NCBI GenBank assembly: GCA_012295275.1
Contig: CM022677.1
Location: 3,596,001-3,660,000, forward strand
Reading direction: 5' to 3'
DNA from: Chrysomallon squamiferum
Taxonomy: Eukaryota; Animalia; Mollusca
DNA length: 64,000 nt
Shown here: positions 1-13,276 of the stretch, piece by piece
How the letters are laid out: each line of letters opens with the position of its first letter
Position numbering within the stretch: position 1 is the stretch's first letter
Program-made: the position numbers and the translations under genes
The notes under the pieces: model-generated
The model's input: the letters and a program-made list of their open reading frames with translations, nothing else
Told to the model about the DNA's origin: nothing
Databases searched by the model: none

Positions 1-546
1 GATAGAAAATAAGTGTAAACATTAATAATAATAATGATGATGATGATGATGATGATGATGATACTACTACTACTAATAATGAAAAAAATAATAATAATAA
101 AGAAGATAAAATGCTAAAACAAAAGAAACAAAAAACAAGAATTTGTTAAAGTTAAAAAATAAAGTTTAATATAGATGATGAAAACAGATGTGACTAAATG
201 AAGAAATGATAAACATGCTTTAAACTAATGGATGATAAAATTGTCTAATTTTACTTATAAAAGTTGAACTTAATGAATATATGTGATGCTATAATGGACC
301 TACTGTAAAAGTAAACCTAAAAGACTGAGTAAATTAGTGTAAAAAAAAAAAAAAAAAAATCCTCAAAAACAGCTTTTTGTATGGATTAATAATGTTATGA
401 TAGAAAACAAATGTAGAAGTAAAGGAATAACAAATAAATAAACAAATAATAATAAGAAGAAAAAATCATAAGATAAAGAAAATTTAATGATTGTAGACAC
501 AGACACAAGACTGAAACAATGCTAATGGAAGAATGGAAATAATGAA

Positions 547-1143
547 GTATTCTAAGTTATCAGTATATTTGTATACTACAATTACTTTACTTATTATTGT
601 ATTCTAAGTTATCAGTATATTTGTATACTACAATCACTTTACTTATTATTGTATTCTAAGTTATCAGTATATTTGTACACTACAATTACTTTACTTGTTA
701 TTGTATTCTAAGTTATCAGTATATTTGTATACTACAATTACTTTACTTATTATTGTATTCTAAGTTATCAGTATATTTGTATACTACAATTTACTACATT
801 AGTGAAATACATAATTTACAATTATTATTGTATTCTTTAAGTTATTAAAACTGCATCCAATTTATTGTATACTACAATTACTTTACTTATTATTGTATTC
901 TAAGTTATCAGTATATTTGTACACTACAATTAATTTTACTTTATTATTCTAAGTATTATAAGTTATCAGTATATTTATATTCTAAGTTATCAGTATATTT
1001 GTACACTACAATTACTTTACTTATTATTGTATTCTAAGTTATCAGTATATTTGTACACTACAATTACTTTACTTATTATTGTATTCTAAGTTATCAGTAT
1101 ATTTGTAAACTACAATTACTTTACTTATTATTGTATTCTAAGT
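547..1143. repeat. 52-bp minisatellite, ~11 copies (middle copies degenerate)
   Basis: Unit gtattctaagttatcagtatatttgtatactacaattactttacttattatt starts at 547, 599, 651... Confidence 0.95.
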
Positions 1144-1566
1144 TTTGAGATGCTGAATTGAAATTAGTAAAAATAATAATAAACCTTACAATATAAAATG
1201 TCTGATGTAAGATTTGTAAAATTTAACTGAGATGCACTCACTTAAATATTCCTTTAATATTAACTTTCTTTGTTAGTATCTGACTATTATACAAGGATCT
1301 TTTAAAACCTGAAATCATCCATTTTAAATAAAAAAAAGTATTTACATAAGTATACACACTAAAACTGAATTTTACAAATCCTAATTTTCCAGTACAATAA
1401 ACTATTTCATAAACTGAAATAATAAAAGATATAATACAATTACTTGGAAAGTCAATTTTGTTTAACACAAATTCTGAATCATAACTAAAAACTCTCACAA
1501 AACTTACTTTCTGCTTCTTGCCCATTCAGAAGCTGTCCTGTCTCTGTCAGTTTTATCATTTCAAAC

Positions 1567-1752
1567 CAGAAGATCAGCTCTGTGAGAAAGGCTGACAGGT
1601 TTTCTTGTACGCTATCTCGTGTTTACAGAAGATCAGCTCTGTGAGAAAGGCTGACAGGTTCTCTTGTACGCTATCTCGTGTTTACAGAAGATCAGCTCTG
1701 TGAGAAAGGCTGACAGGTTTTCTTGTACGCTATCTCATGTTTACAGAAGATC
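1567..1752. repeat. 59-bp tandem repeat, 3 copies
   Basis: cagaagatc starts at 1567, 1626, 1685 and 1744 (unit cagaagatcagctctgtgagaaaggctgacagg...). Confidence 0.95.
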
Positions 1753-1908
1753 CTCGTAGGTGAAGTACACAAAGTTGATGGTAAGATGCTGATCACAGAA
1801 TGTTTTGATGAGGCATAGATTACATAAAGAATGAACTAATCCTAACCCATCTTCCTAACATGTATCTGAAAAATAAATAAATAATAAATAAAGCAATTAG
1901 TATTTTAT

Positions 1909-1913
<5 letters not shown>

Positions 1914-1996
<83 letters not shown>
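1914..1996. repeat. (GA)n microsatellite
   Basis: Perfect AG dinucleotide run. Confidence 0.98.
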
Positions 1997-2000
<4 letters not shown>

Positions 2001-3141
2001 CAATTTAGATCATATTCAAAAGCAAAAGAAAAAACAGATCTAATACTAAAACATGAATTTGTCGATTATGAAATTTAACAAAAAGTCCCCAAGACAATGC
2101 CTCTCTTAATCAGATATTAACTTTCAGCAATTTAATATATGCTAAATTTTAAAATTTCCATCTCATTTATTATTTTATTTGCAAAAACTGTTCTAAAACA
2201 AACCATGAAAACTGAGAGACTGGAGACAATAGAAACTTCAGACAACAGGAACTGTACATCCGTCTCTACATCTTTTAGTATGTCTGTCATCACAGGAACA
2301 GTGACACTGTGTGAAGGGCTGGCAGTTCCAGTCTGGTAACAGGAAAGTTAAACATTTTAAAATACTGATGAAATATGAAGTTGCTTCTTTTGTTTTATAA
2401 TATAGAAATAAACATTTACAACAAAATAATCACATTTACATAAATATGTATGTGTGTAATGTGTGTGTAAGTGCATGTCCATGTGTTTGCATGATCACTT
2501 ACTGATAAGTTATCTACAAACTGCAACTTCATATATTAAATTAAATTAAACTTCATTAGGTTTAGAATAATGTGACCTCAGTGTCTGATGGAAGTTCACT
2601 GGTTGTGTTAAAAGTTGTAATTCAACTGAAAGTTTTAAAATTACATGTTCAATAGAGAGGTTTAGCACAGACGTAACTTTCACATACTGATTTTCTTGAT
2701 ATGGGACAAGCTTATATGTATGTGTTTACGTATAGCAATGTTTTGAAACATTATAAAGGGTGAGTCTTGTTTTTATGAGTTTCTTTAATGTTTGTTAACT
2801 AGGCAACATAAATACTGAACATGCTTTAACCAAATGTGCATATATTATATATCCAAATAAAGTGTTTATAAGTTCTAGAGCTGCAGTTACTTCCCTTCCT
2901 TCATCTGACACAATACAAGCTTTGCTCTTTACATGGAAGCTAAACTGAAAGTGAGTTATGTACATGACTCATACTGTAAGTCTGTATGCAATCAGATACA
3001 TGAACAGATTACATCTATGCTAAACCTCACTAATATGCTGAATGTAAAGACTGAGGTCTCATTACGTCATATAATAAATTATACAAAATATGAACATATC
3101 ATTCTCCTTTTACCTCTCCCTGTGTCTCTTCATTAATTCAT

Positions 3142-3142
<1 letters not shown>

Positions 3143-3222
<80 letters not shown>
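3143..3222. repeat. (CT)n microsatellite
   Basis: Perfect CT run; explains the SLSL ORFs. Confidence 0.98.
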
Positions 3223-3225
<3 letters not shown>

Positions 3226-4030
3226 CTCTCCCTCATACATTCAAATGCAACAATCATTTAATATTCAAAGTAGAACAATAAAAGCTTTTAAATACAGATT
3301 GTCATTGACCTCTGAACTGAAATACAATTGATCATACTGTGATACTTTCCAAAAAACTATCTGAACCAAATAAATAAACTTTAACAGAGTAAAAGAGGTT
3401 TTCAGTTTCTTATTTTTTTAAATTTAATTTATGTATTTAATAAACAAACAAAAAATGTAAATGTAAATATAAATGTAAATATAAATGTAAATGTAAATGT
3501 AAATATAAATAAAAACTACAGCTTACCTGATGGCTTGGACAGCATGTTCTGCTGAAACAACTTCACTGGTTTATGTCATCATCAGCACATCAATTAGAGG
3601 AATATGTGCATTCTGAAAAAATGACAATGAATAAAATAATAACACAGATAATAAATAAACAGCTATAAATAATCCTTATAATGATAATAATAAAAATAAT
3701 TTACAAAACAATGACAGATCACTGATTATTATTATACTGTTTTATAATGAATAAAGAATTGTAACAAAATTTATTTTACTCTCTAAGACACAAAAATAAA
3801 ATAAACTCACAACTGAGAATGGTGCACAAACATGAGAATGGTTTCTGTAAAAACAGCTGATTCATCCTTCTCCATGATGTAAATTCCCTTTCTAGACAGC
3901 ACCTGAACAATACTGCAGTGACCTACACAAAATATTTAACTTCAATATCAAATATAAAGTTTAGTAATTTTAATAACAGCATGATATTTTTATCAATATC
4001 CATTTGTTGAAAAATGCATTTTCTCTGCTT

Positions 4031-5064
4031 AAAGTAAGACACTAGAGATAATTAAAACAAAAAACAACAATGCATATAATAATTAGAACATAAATCTTGA
4101 AAGATAAAAAAATTATAAAATATTTCAGACTTGAAGTTTTATAATCCTTTATCATTTTATGGAATAGTTGACTAACACAGTAACAGTCCGTAAATCATCA
4201 AACTTAAACATTTTGGTTGTAAAGGCTTGCCAGCTACTTACTTTGAAATGTCTGCATCCACTTTTGAAAACTCCCAAATGTAAATAAAATCATTAATTAT
4301 GTTCTTACTTACCCTGCCAGACAAAAACAATGAACACAAGATGTCACCGTCGGGCTCATATCCACGTGGGTCTCATGAGGTTTTTCGCTTTTCTTCAACG
4401 ACCTGTCCGATTTAACTGACGTAAAACTGGTGCCGTCATCATTCCAAAGCATGTTAACAATGTAATCTTCACTAAACTACCTGAATCCTTACTGACAGCT
4501 TTTCAAAGATATAGTGGTATCTCTTAAATAATCCAGAGAGAAATTCACCAGCAGATTGTGTAAGCGATTCGTCCGCCATTGTTTTAAGCTTGTGTAACCG
4601 AGCAGTGATAGAGTTACCTCCCTTTTGGGGGCGGAGTTATAATGTCAGCTGAGGTCATTACAACCGTATACACCCTGCTTCATACTACTGTGACAAATAC
4701 AGCAGACTTCAGTGATAATGTATGTCAGTATACGCAGCCATTACTTCAATACTTGTGTGTATAAACACATGTATTTAAAAAATGTCTCTGTTTATTTATG
4801 TGTTTATTTAATCTGATTTATATTTATTTCGGCATGCCAGTGATCATCACTTTAAACCTGCAGGGTTAGTTAACTCACATACACAGAATTATGTAAATAT
4901 AATTATATATCATATGCATAACATACACACTAATATATGTACCTGCATGTATACTATTGAATGTTATTTTTAAAAAACAATCCTATTTGTGTGTATTATT
5001 ATAGGTTTTGAGAGAACATGCAAACATAATGATGTCTGAACTGAAATCAGTTCTTCCACATTTG

Positions 5065-5137
<73 letters not shown>

Positions 5138-5838
5138 AATAATTAATTGAATGTTGTATCAATATTAATTAACAGACTGATACCATGTTAATGGATCTGC
5201 TTTAATCTTATGTATTTATTTATCTTTTTATTTTTTGGCTTACCATTAACATTTGTAGTTTTACTCTTAATAAATTACTGATGTCATCTACAGTTCTTTT
5301 GTTTTTATTTTTTTTTTTATTCTTTTTAGTATATATTAATATTTTCTCTTATTATGTTACAGATATCAGCTGAATTGTTTTATTTTGATTTGTTTGTCCC
5401 ATTATGTTTGTATAATGATTAAAATATGTTATGACACACTATGTATTTACATATTTAATTAATTTTAAATTTATTTTTCTCTGCAGAGGATATGAAACTG
5501 TTTCCTGCAGTGATGACTTGGGGATGTTCTGTTCTTACACAAACACCTGTAGTCAAAGCAGTTAAATTTGTCACTGTTAATCAAGGACTTAACTCGTTAA
5601 AGGTAAGTGTTTAAAAATTTGTGAAGAACCAATAATATTCTTGTATGAGTGTTAAAGTCAAAGAATGAGGAATTTTCATTCAGTTTACTGTTATTGTTGT
5701 TATTTTCACAGTATTTATTATTATAAACTAAATTGTTGTAGGATTCAGGTCAGTGTTATGAACTTAATGGAGAAAAAAAAAAAACATTTTTTATTCAGCT
5801 TATTATTTATGTTGTTTTCTTTCATCTTCTTGTTCATC

Positions 5839-5904
<66 letters not shown>

Positions 5905-6410
5905 CATCATCATCATCATCAGTATATATATATTATTTGAATAATTATTATTATATGCTATGTTCATTCATGATTTCTCATGTTGCATATAAAACATCCT
6001 TTAATTGCCAGTGAAGAACTTTCATAGAGGAATTTCTCTTTGTACAATTTCTATTCATAAATTTAGTTTTATACTTAAGAAATATTAATATTTAAACACT
6101 TTTAACATGACATTAATGATTCACTGTAAATGTAATCATTCCACATATATGAATCATGATAACCAGTAATATCAAAAAGGACAGAGATATTATTAAATAT
6201 TCATTTTTATTCTTATTTATTTACATTCTTTATGGCAGAACTCTTTGCTATTTCATTCTTATTTAACATCTGTAAGTTCTGAAATCAGGAAATTGAAATC
6301 AACTCAGACTGGACAAAGTTCTGTACCAAAACATCATGGAAAGGAAAAACCAGCATAAACTATTGTAAGTTTGTCTTTATTATTATGTTTATTAGATTAA
6401 TATTATTCTT

Positions 6411-6456
<46 letters not shown>

Positions 6457-6747
6457 GGGAGGATTGTTTAAGAATGTTGGTATGCGAGATAAAAGACATG
6501 GAAAATGTTGGATCAACTCAGGTAAAATTATAATTATAATTAACCTTTATGATTTCAGAACATTATTACTCTGTACAAGTGACAGAATTAAATATTTTAA
6601 AATGTAAGCAGTTGTCACATAATGTTACTAAACAAATCCTATCACCTTACTATAAATACTATAATAATACTGATAAATAAATAATAAATTAACTTTACAA
6701 AATCAAATTCAATATTTATTAAATATGTTGCAGTAGCTTTAGTAAAT

Positions 6748-6804
<57 letters not shown>

Positions 6805-7877
6805 ATGTATCGAGCCATACATTTCAATATGTATATGTACCTGCGCTACCTTTTATTTATTTATTTATTTTCTGTAGTTATTTACCTGTTTCCTTATTTA
6901 TTTATTTATTTATTTATTTATTTTAGTTTATCCACAACACAGCAAAAGAAATATATTAATCACCAGTGCTTCACCATGTGTCAGCACTGTCCCTCACCAT
7001 GGCAACATCACTGGTTGTGTAGTCAGTTCTTATGTTTCCTCCAGGTAACACATTTTATTTTATGTGTTAGAGTTATCTTCCATTGCCAATTTCTGTTTTA
7101 TTATTTTAGCTTTTTGAACTATTCTATTTGTATTGTTATTTTTGTTTGTTTTATTTTAAATAACATATTATGATTTCATTATTTGATTAGTAGTATTAAG
7201 GTCTTTACAAAAATTAGTTATATATGTTATTGTTATTTCAGTTAATTTTATTATTATTTAATATGTATTTTATTCTTATTACAATTAATTTTATTATTAC
7301 TTATTATATATGTTATTATTTTTAAAGTTAATTTTATTATTACTTATTATATATGTTATTCTTATTACAGTTAATTTTATTATTACTTATTATATATGTT
7401 ATTATTATTACAGTTAATTTATTATTACTTGTTTTAGTGTGATTATTTCATAATGTTCAAAGTGTGGCTGTACAATATGAGAGGTCACCAGTGTGATGTA
7501 TGTGACTCATCAATGCTGTAGAAATGTAAAACACAAAATATAAATCTTGTAAGTCATTACCAGTCATTAAAACATCACAACTATTTTTAGATTCACCAAA
7601 GGTAAACCTGATTTGTTTTTTCTTGATTCATTTGCTGATAAAGTTTCAAATCCTTCTAAACTTCTTTTTTTCAGTTAAGTATGTCAATTCTAAAGACTTC
7701 AACATTTGTTTGGTGGGGTATGAATTTAATAGTTAACATTTATTTATGGTTGTTATTATATAAGAAAATGCAAAATTATTAGAATATTTTAATAAGTAAA
7801 TAATTTTAGGGGTTTTACCAAATAGTAGTATTCAGCTTAATGATAACTGTTCTTATGCATTTGTATGAGACCAGTGT

Positions 7878-7941
<64 letters not shown>

Positions 7942-8995
7942 ATGCATCCTATATATATGTATTTGTATTTCATCGCTGACTTAGAAAACAACTTTCTTGA
8001 AGCAGGATCTTGTTTCCTTCTTCTTTCATGATTATTATTTTATTCCTTACCCTCCTCTACCCTGTTTACAACCCTCATTTTAAAAAATTATTAAATTATG
8101 TTTGCTGTTTATTAAAATATTTGAATTTCTTTCATTTATTTATTTATTTATTTATTGATTTATTATTTTGAATATTTTAATTTACACTTACTTTTTATTA
8201 CATTTATAAGAAAAGTGAAAGTTAAATAGTTAACTTGTATGTGTGTGTGCTCTTGTTTTATAATTAAAGCTACATTATTTTTGTATTTTCTTTATTTAAT
8301 GTTCAGTGATAATTCTTGATTATATGGACATACCTGGAAACCCGCTTGGTCTTTTCAAAGATGTCAGGGAAAGATCTCTGGCCTTGTTAATGGAAATGTG
8401 AGTGGATTTCCTAGAAATGTTGTCATGTGTTTCTAATTCTGCAGCAAATTTAGTTGTGATAGTTCCCCGTATTACATCTCTTTCAGGGAATGATATTTCA
8501 TTTAATCAGAAATAAAAGTTTTAATGTTTTAATTAAAAAAATATTTTTTTAATTCTTTCTGTCATTTTGCAACAATGTAAATAAAATGATATAAAAGGTT
8601 ATGATTAGAAAATTACTAGCAACCTTACTGAATACTTTCATTATGTTGTTTTGATAACCATACACATGCAAACTTTACTTCTGTGAATGAACTGTTTTAT
8701 ATTCTTAAACAACAAAAAAAAACCCACACATTTATTTAAGTATTTTATTAACTTGTAATGGTAATGGATGCACTATTTCTTATTAGAAACAAAATCAACA
8801 AAATAATAATATGTTTCTTTATTTATTTATTTATGTATAATTTTTTTGTTTTGAGGATTTAGATTTTATATTAAAATAAACTAATGTAGTATTAATTATA
8901 TTAATTCACAGTGCAGGAAAACTATAGTCATACTGGTGAAAATACTGTTTATTAATGTTTAATATATTTTTATTATTTTATTTTATATTTTTAAT
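4031..8995 (+). repeat. Segmental duplication, copy A (direct paralog of 47293-52850)
   Basis: Colinear exon and intron matches, e.g. 5487-5602 = 48598-48713, 7440-7740 = 50630-50925, 8220-8820 = 51370-51970. Confidence 0.95.
4580..4680. promoter_or_regulatory. Probable bidirectional promoter
   Basis: CpG-containing patch with GC box GGGGCGGAGT (~4627) and GAGTTACCTCCCTT (4611), lying between two divergent exon series. Confidence 0.45.
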
Positions 8996-10511
8996 TTATT
9001 AAACATCCTTTTTTAATTTTGGTTGTACAGTTCATAACAATTAATAATGGCATTTAATCAAAAATATTTATATTTATTACAGGGATTCTTGAAAGGTCCT
9101 GGTGGATAATGGAGTTATTGAAACTGTGTTCAAGTCTGTTTCAGGAATGTCTAATTTGACGTCTGCTCTAAATTCCAATCACAGACAGAACCCAGCCTGA
9201 ATCCATCCCCAGAGATGTTGCTGTGTTCTGGTGGGTTGCTTCCAACACATTCAAGTCCACAAACAGAGTTCAGCAGCTGCAGTTGTCAGTGGTAATATTT
9301 TTACTCACAGTTTTAATATGCTTACACATAACAACCGAGTTTAATATGCTAATGATACACATAACAACCGAGAGGTAAGCTACTCAGATGTCAGTGGTAA
9401 TATTTTTACTCACAGTTTTAATATGTTAATGATACTCATAACAGCTGAGAGGTAAGCTACTCAGTTGTCAGTGGTAATATTTTTACTCACAGTTTTAATA
9501 TGTTAATAATACTCAACACAACTGAGAGTTCAGCAGCTGCAGCTGTCAGTGGTAATATTTTTACTCACAGTTTTAATATGCTAATGATACACATAACAAC
9601 CGAGAGGTAAGCTATTCAGTTGTCAGTGGTAATATTTTTACTCACAGTTTTAATATGTTAATAATACTCAACACAACTGAGAGATGAGCTACTCAGTTGT
9701 AAGTGGTAATATTTTTACTCACAGTTTTAATATGTTAATGATACACAACACAACTTATTTATTTATATATTTTGTTGGCTTTTGGTTTTTAAAATAATTT
9801 TTATTTATTTTATTTGATATATATATTTTTTAATTTATTATTTTTGTTGTTGTTGTTGTTATACTTATTAACATTTGTTTAAATTACATGGAATTTATTT
9901 CAAATAAATATTTAAAATGTTAGTTTTATTTTCAGTGTTATTACTGAAGATTGACTGTACTGAAGCAGTGCTGGAGAAAAAAGTTCATGTTTTCTCTGAT
10001 CACATGAAAACAGGTTTACTTTCTCAGCTGTTTTCATTAACACAACAGAATTAATTGACCATTCATTACATGTGGGTTTTTCAAGCACTGAGTGTGAAAA
10101 GATGAACATGATATGAACATAAATTCAGGTGAGACATTGAGATTAAAAGACAGTTGTATTCACTTTCTTAAAATTATTTATTTTATATATTGTTTTTGCT
10201 TTGACTACAGATATATAAATAGATAGATATGCAGATAGTTCTTTTTTATTATTATTATCAAATATGATTTGTTTGCTGTTTCTTAATAATTAATTTTTAT
10301 ATTTATATTAGTATTAGTATTTTTATTTTTTATTTAAAAAAAAAAAATGTTTTTGGTCTTATTTTATTTTTTATAAATTCTTTCAGGATGATTAATATAA
10401 ATAATTTGTGTTTTTCAGAATCCAGTGTCAGATCAGCCCAGGAGACAGTCTACCATTCTGAGCTGACAACAAAAACAGAGGAAGAATTTTCTATGAAACA
10501 TCCAGTCAGAT
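5487..10511 (+). pseudogene. Decayed multi-exon gene of unknown function
   Basis: Exon-like blocks bounded by pyrimidine-AG and GT: 5487-5602 (DMKLFPAVMTWGCSVLTQTPVVKAVKF...), ~6227-6364, 6927-7044, 7438-7601, 8307-8397, 9083-9291, 9936-10128, 10419-10511. Several contain stops. No family recognised. Confidence 0.5.
9282..9755. repeat. ~77-bp minisatellite, ~6 copies
   Basis: gtcagtggtaatatttttactcacagttttaatatg... is repeated; the array starts at the exon donor 9291/9292. Confidence 0.9.
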
Positions 10512-10559
10512 GTAAGAAGTGAATGATACTTTGTAGAATTATTTCATCTATACTTCAAA

Positions 10560-12210
10560 CTGTTGCTATTATACATCAACTTCTACTGTTACTAGTACTT
10601 CTGCTGTTGCTCTTATATATCCATTTGTACAGCAACTACTACTGCTACTGTTGTTCTTGTACATCCAATTGTACAGCAGCTACTACTGCTGCTCTTGATT
10701 ATACATCCACTTGTACTTCTATTAGTAATACTGCTGGTCCTTTTGTACATGTACTGCTGCTGTTGCTATTATACATCAAATTGTACTGCTATTACTATTG
10801 CTGCTGATGATCTTGTACCTCCATTTATAAAAGCAATCTCTACTGCTGCTGTTGCTATTATACATCAAATTGTACTGCTATTACTATTGCTGCTGATGAT
10901 CTTGTACCTCCATTTATAAAAGCAATCTCTACTGCTGCTGTTGCTATTATACATCCAATTGTACTGCTACTACTTCTGTTGTCAACTGTCCATCAACTGG
11001 TTATAAAAGCAATCTACTACTGCTGCTGTTGTTATTGTACATCCAAATTGTACTGCTATTACTATTGCTGCTGATGATCTTGTACCTCCATTTATAAAAG
11101 CAATCTCTACTGCCGCTGTTGCTCGTGTACATCCACATGTACTGCTACTACTTCTGTTGTCAACTGTCCATCAACTGGTACAGCATCTACTACTGCTACT
11201 GTTGTTATTGTACGTCCACTTGTACAGCAACTACAATTTTTGCTGTTGCTTTGTTACCTCCACTTTTTCTGTTACAACTACTGTTCTTGCTCTTCTACAT
11301 TCACTTGTACACCAACTACTGCTGCTGCTGTTGCTATTATACATCTATTTGTACTGCTACAACTACTGCTGCTGCTGTTGCTATTATACATCTATTTGTA
11401 CTGCTACAACTACTGCTGCTGCTGTTGCTATTATACATCTATTTGTACTGCTACAACTACTGCTGCTGCTGCTGTTGCTATTATACATCTATTTGTACTG
11501 CTACAACTACTGCTGCTGCTGTTGCTATTATACATCTATTTGTACTGCTACAACTACTGCTGCTGCTGTTGCTATTATACATCTATTTGTACTGCTACTA
11601 CTACTGCTGCTGCTATTGCTTTTGTTCATCCACTTGTACAGCTACTCTTGTTTTTGTACATACACTTGTACAGCTACTCTTGTTTTTGTACATACTCTTG
11701 TACAGCAACTGCATCTGTTCGTCGTGAACATCCTCTTATATAGCAACTACGACTGCTGCTATTGCTTTTGTAGATCCACGTGTACAGCTACTGTTGTTCT
11801 TATACATCAAATTGTACTGCTACTACTACTGCTGTTGTTGCTCTTATACATCCGCTTGTGCAGCAACTACTACTGCTGCTATTGCTCTTGTACAGCAACT
11901 TATACAGCAACTACTACTACTAATGTTTCTCTTATACATCGACTTGTACAACAACTACTACTGCTACTGTTCCTCTTGTACATCTACTTGTATAACAACT
12001 ACTACTACTACTACTGATAATCCTCTTGTACATCTACTTGTACAGCGACTAGTACTGCTGCTGCTGTTGCTCTTGTAAATTTACTTGTAAAGCAACAACT
12101 ACTACCACTGTTGCTCTTGTACAACAACAACTACTGCGGCTGTTGTTATTATACGTCCACTTGTAGAGCAACTACAAATGCTACTGCTGCTCTTGTACAG
12201 CAACAACTAT
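10560..12210. repeat. Degenerate ~47-bp (CTA/CTG-rich) minisatellite
   Basis: Homogeneous core 11320-11600 with unit gttgctattatacatctatttgtactgctacaactactgctgctgct (11330, 11377...); flanks are diverged. Confidence 0.85.
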
Positions 12211-12211
12211 T

Positions 12212-12554
12212 AAAGAAATATTCCGTGAGTTTGTCCCTGTTTATACGTATGGATGAATTCTGAGATGGGAATTCTGTAGCTTGTCCTACACACAGCTTTT
12301 CATCAGACGTAACTGTCTCCTTGAGGTGGCCTGATTCGGCAGCGGTTTTCATTGCTGAAGTTGGGCAACTCTTAAAGCCCTGGAAGAAATTAAACATTCC
12401 ATTGCGTCAAAATACATTATTTTCACATATTCATGTTTTACAGCACATGAATTTGGAACATCCCTTTATTGCAATGGTAATATGAAAGTTCTAAAGTATC
12501 TAATGGCAATAAAAAAAGTTGTTTCTTCGCAGATAACCCAAACATCAATTTCAC

Positions 12555-12605
<51 letters not shown>

Positions 12606-13140
12606 GTTTGATTTGACAAGATGACTGGAATTGTGCAGTCACAAACGTTATTCTGTCAACGTAGCCTAGGAGAGTGGCAGTCCTCCTACAGGCAGCGCAT
12701 GAAGCCTGAGTCAGTGTTGTGTCGTGTTCGTATTGGTCATACTTGTTTGACCCATTCACTTATCCTGCAGAAGGGTCGTTCACCTCAGTGTGAACACTGT
12801 CAGTTATTCTGACAATACGCCACACTTTAGTGGAATACGTTCATCTTAGGCAGACCCGGAAGGATATATTTGGTCAATTAAATGTGATGCAATTTTACCA
12901 TAAATTTTAGTTTAAATAAACTGTGATAGTTTTATTATTGCACAGCTATTTATACTGTTTATGTTTACCTTTGTGTGACGCCCAGTAGCTGATTCGCTTC
13001 TGCAAGCTGGGATGTCGTTAAACATTCATTCGTTGTTTGGAAAGATACATTTAGAAGAAGAAACGTGATGGATTCTTTTCAGTTCCATCCAGAACTTGTT
13101 TTATAATTTTTAAAAAGAATTACTGTTTGATTCTAAATAT
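12212..13140 (+). mobile_element. I/Nimb-clade LINE 3' fragment (RNase H, C-terminal zinc knuckle, 3' tail), internally deleted
   Basis: Frameshifted RNase H-like peptide (FVPVYT..DGNSVAC...PDSAAVFIAEV..LKALEEIKHSIASKYIIFT) at 12220-12440. VLCRVRIGHTCLTHSLILQKGRSPQCEHCQ..LTIRHTLVE at 12670-12850. 3' stem-loop gacgcccag...ctgggatgtc followed by cattcattc at 12977-13031. Confidence 0.85.
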
Positions 13141-13276
13141 TATTTAATTTTAATTTAGATACTTTTTATATATATCACAGATATCTGCATTTTTCAGAGT
13201 TGTTCACACTGTTTTTTAAAACTGATTTCACACTGATTTATAAAAACTATTATTTTCATACATATCATTAACTTAC

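Larger units (their letters stand above)
1506..4579 (-). pseudogene. Decayed spliced gene, copy A; first exon SWIM-finger-like (YqaJ-associated type)
   Basis: ATG at 4579. Exon 4579-4313 ends ...KSDRSLKKSEKPHETHVDMSPTVTSCVHCFCLAG|gtaagt and has internal stops and a frameshift. Further exon-like blocks with splice signals at 3922-3811, ~3612-3527, ~2339-2200 and ~1866-1506. Exon 3922-3811 is homologous to 22293-22393(+). Confidence 0.55.

Noticed and set aside
10523-12078. Long Leu/Cys/Thr/Tyr-rich ORFs (up to 286 aa) as a mucin or shell-matrix protein
   Set aside because: All three frames cycle the same peptides because the 47-bp unit is not a multiple of 3; this is a translated minisatellite.
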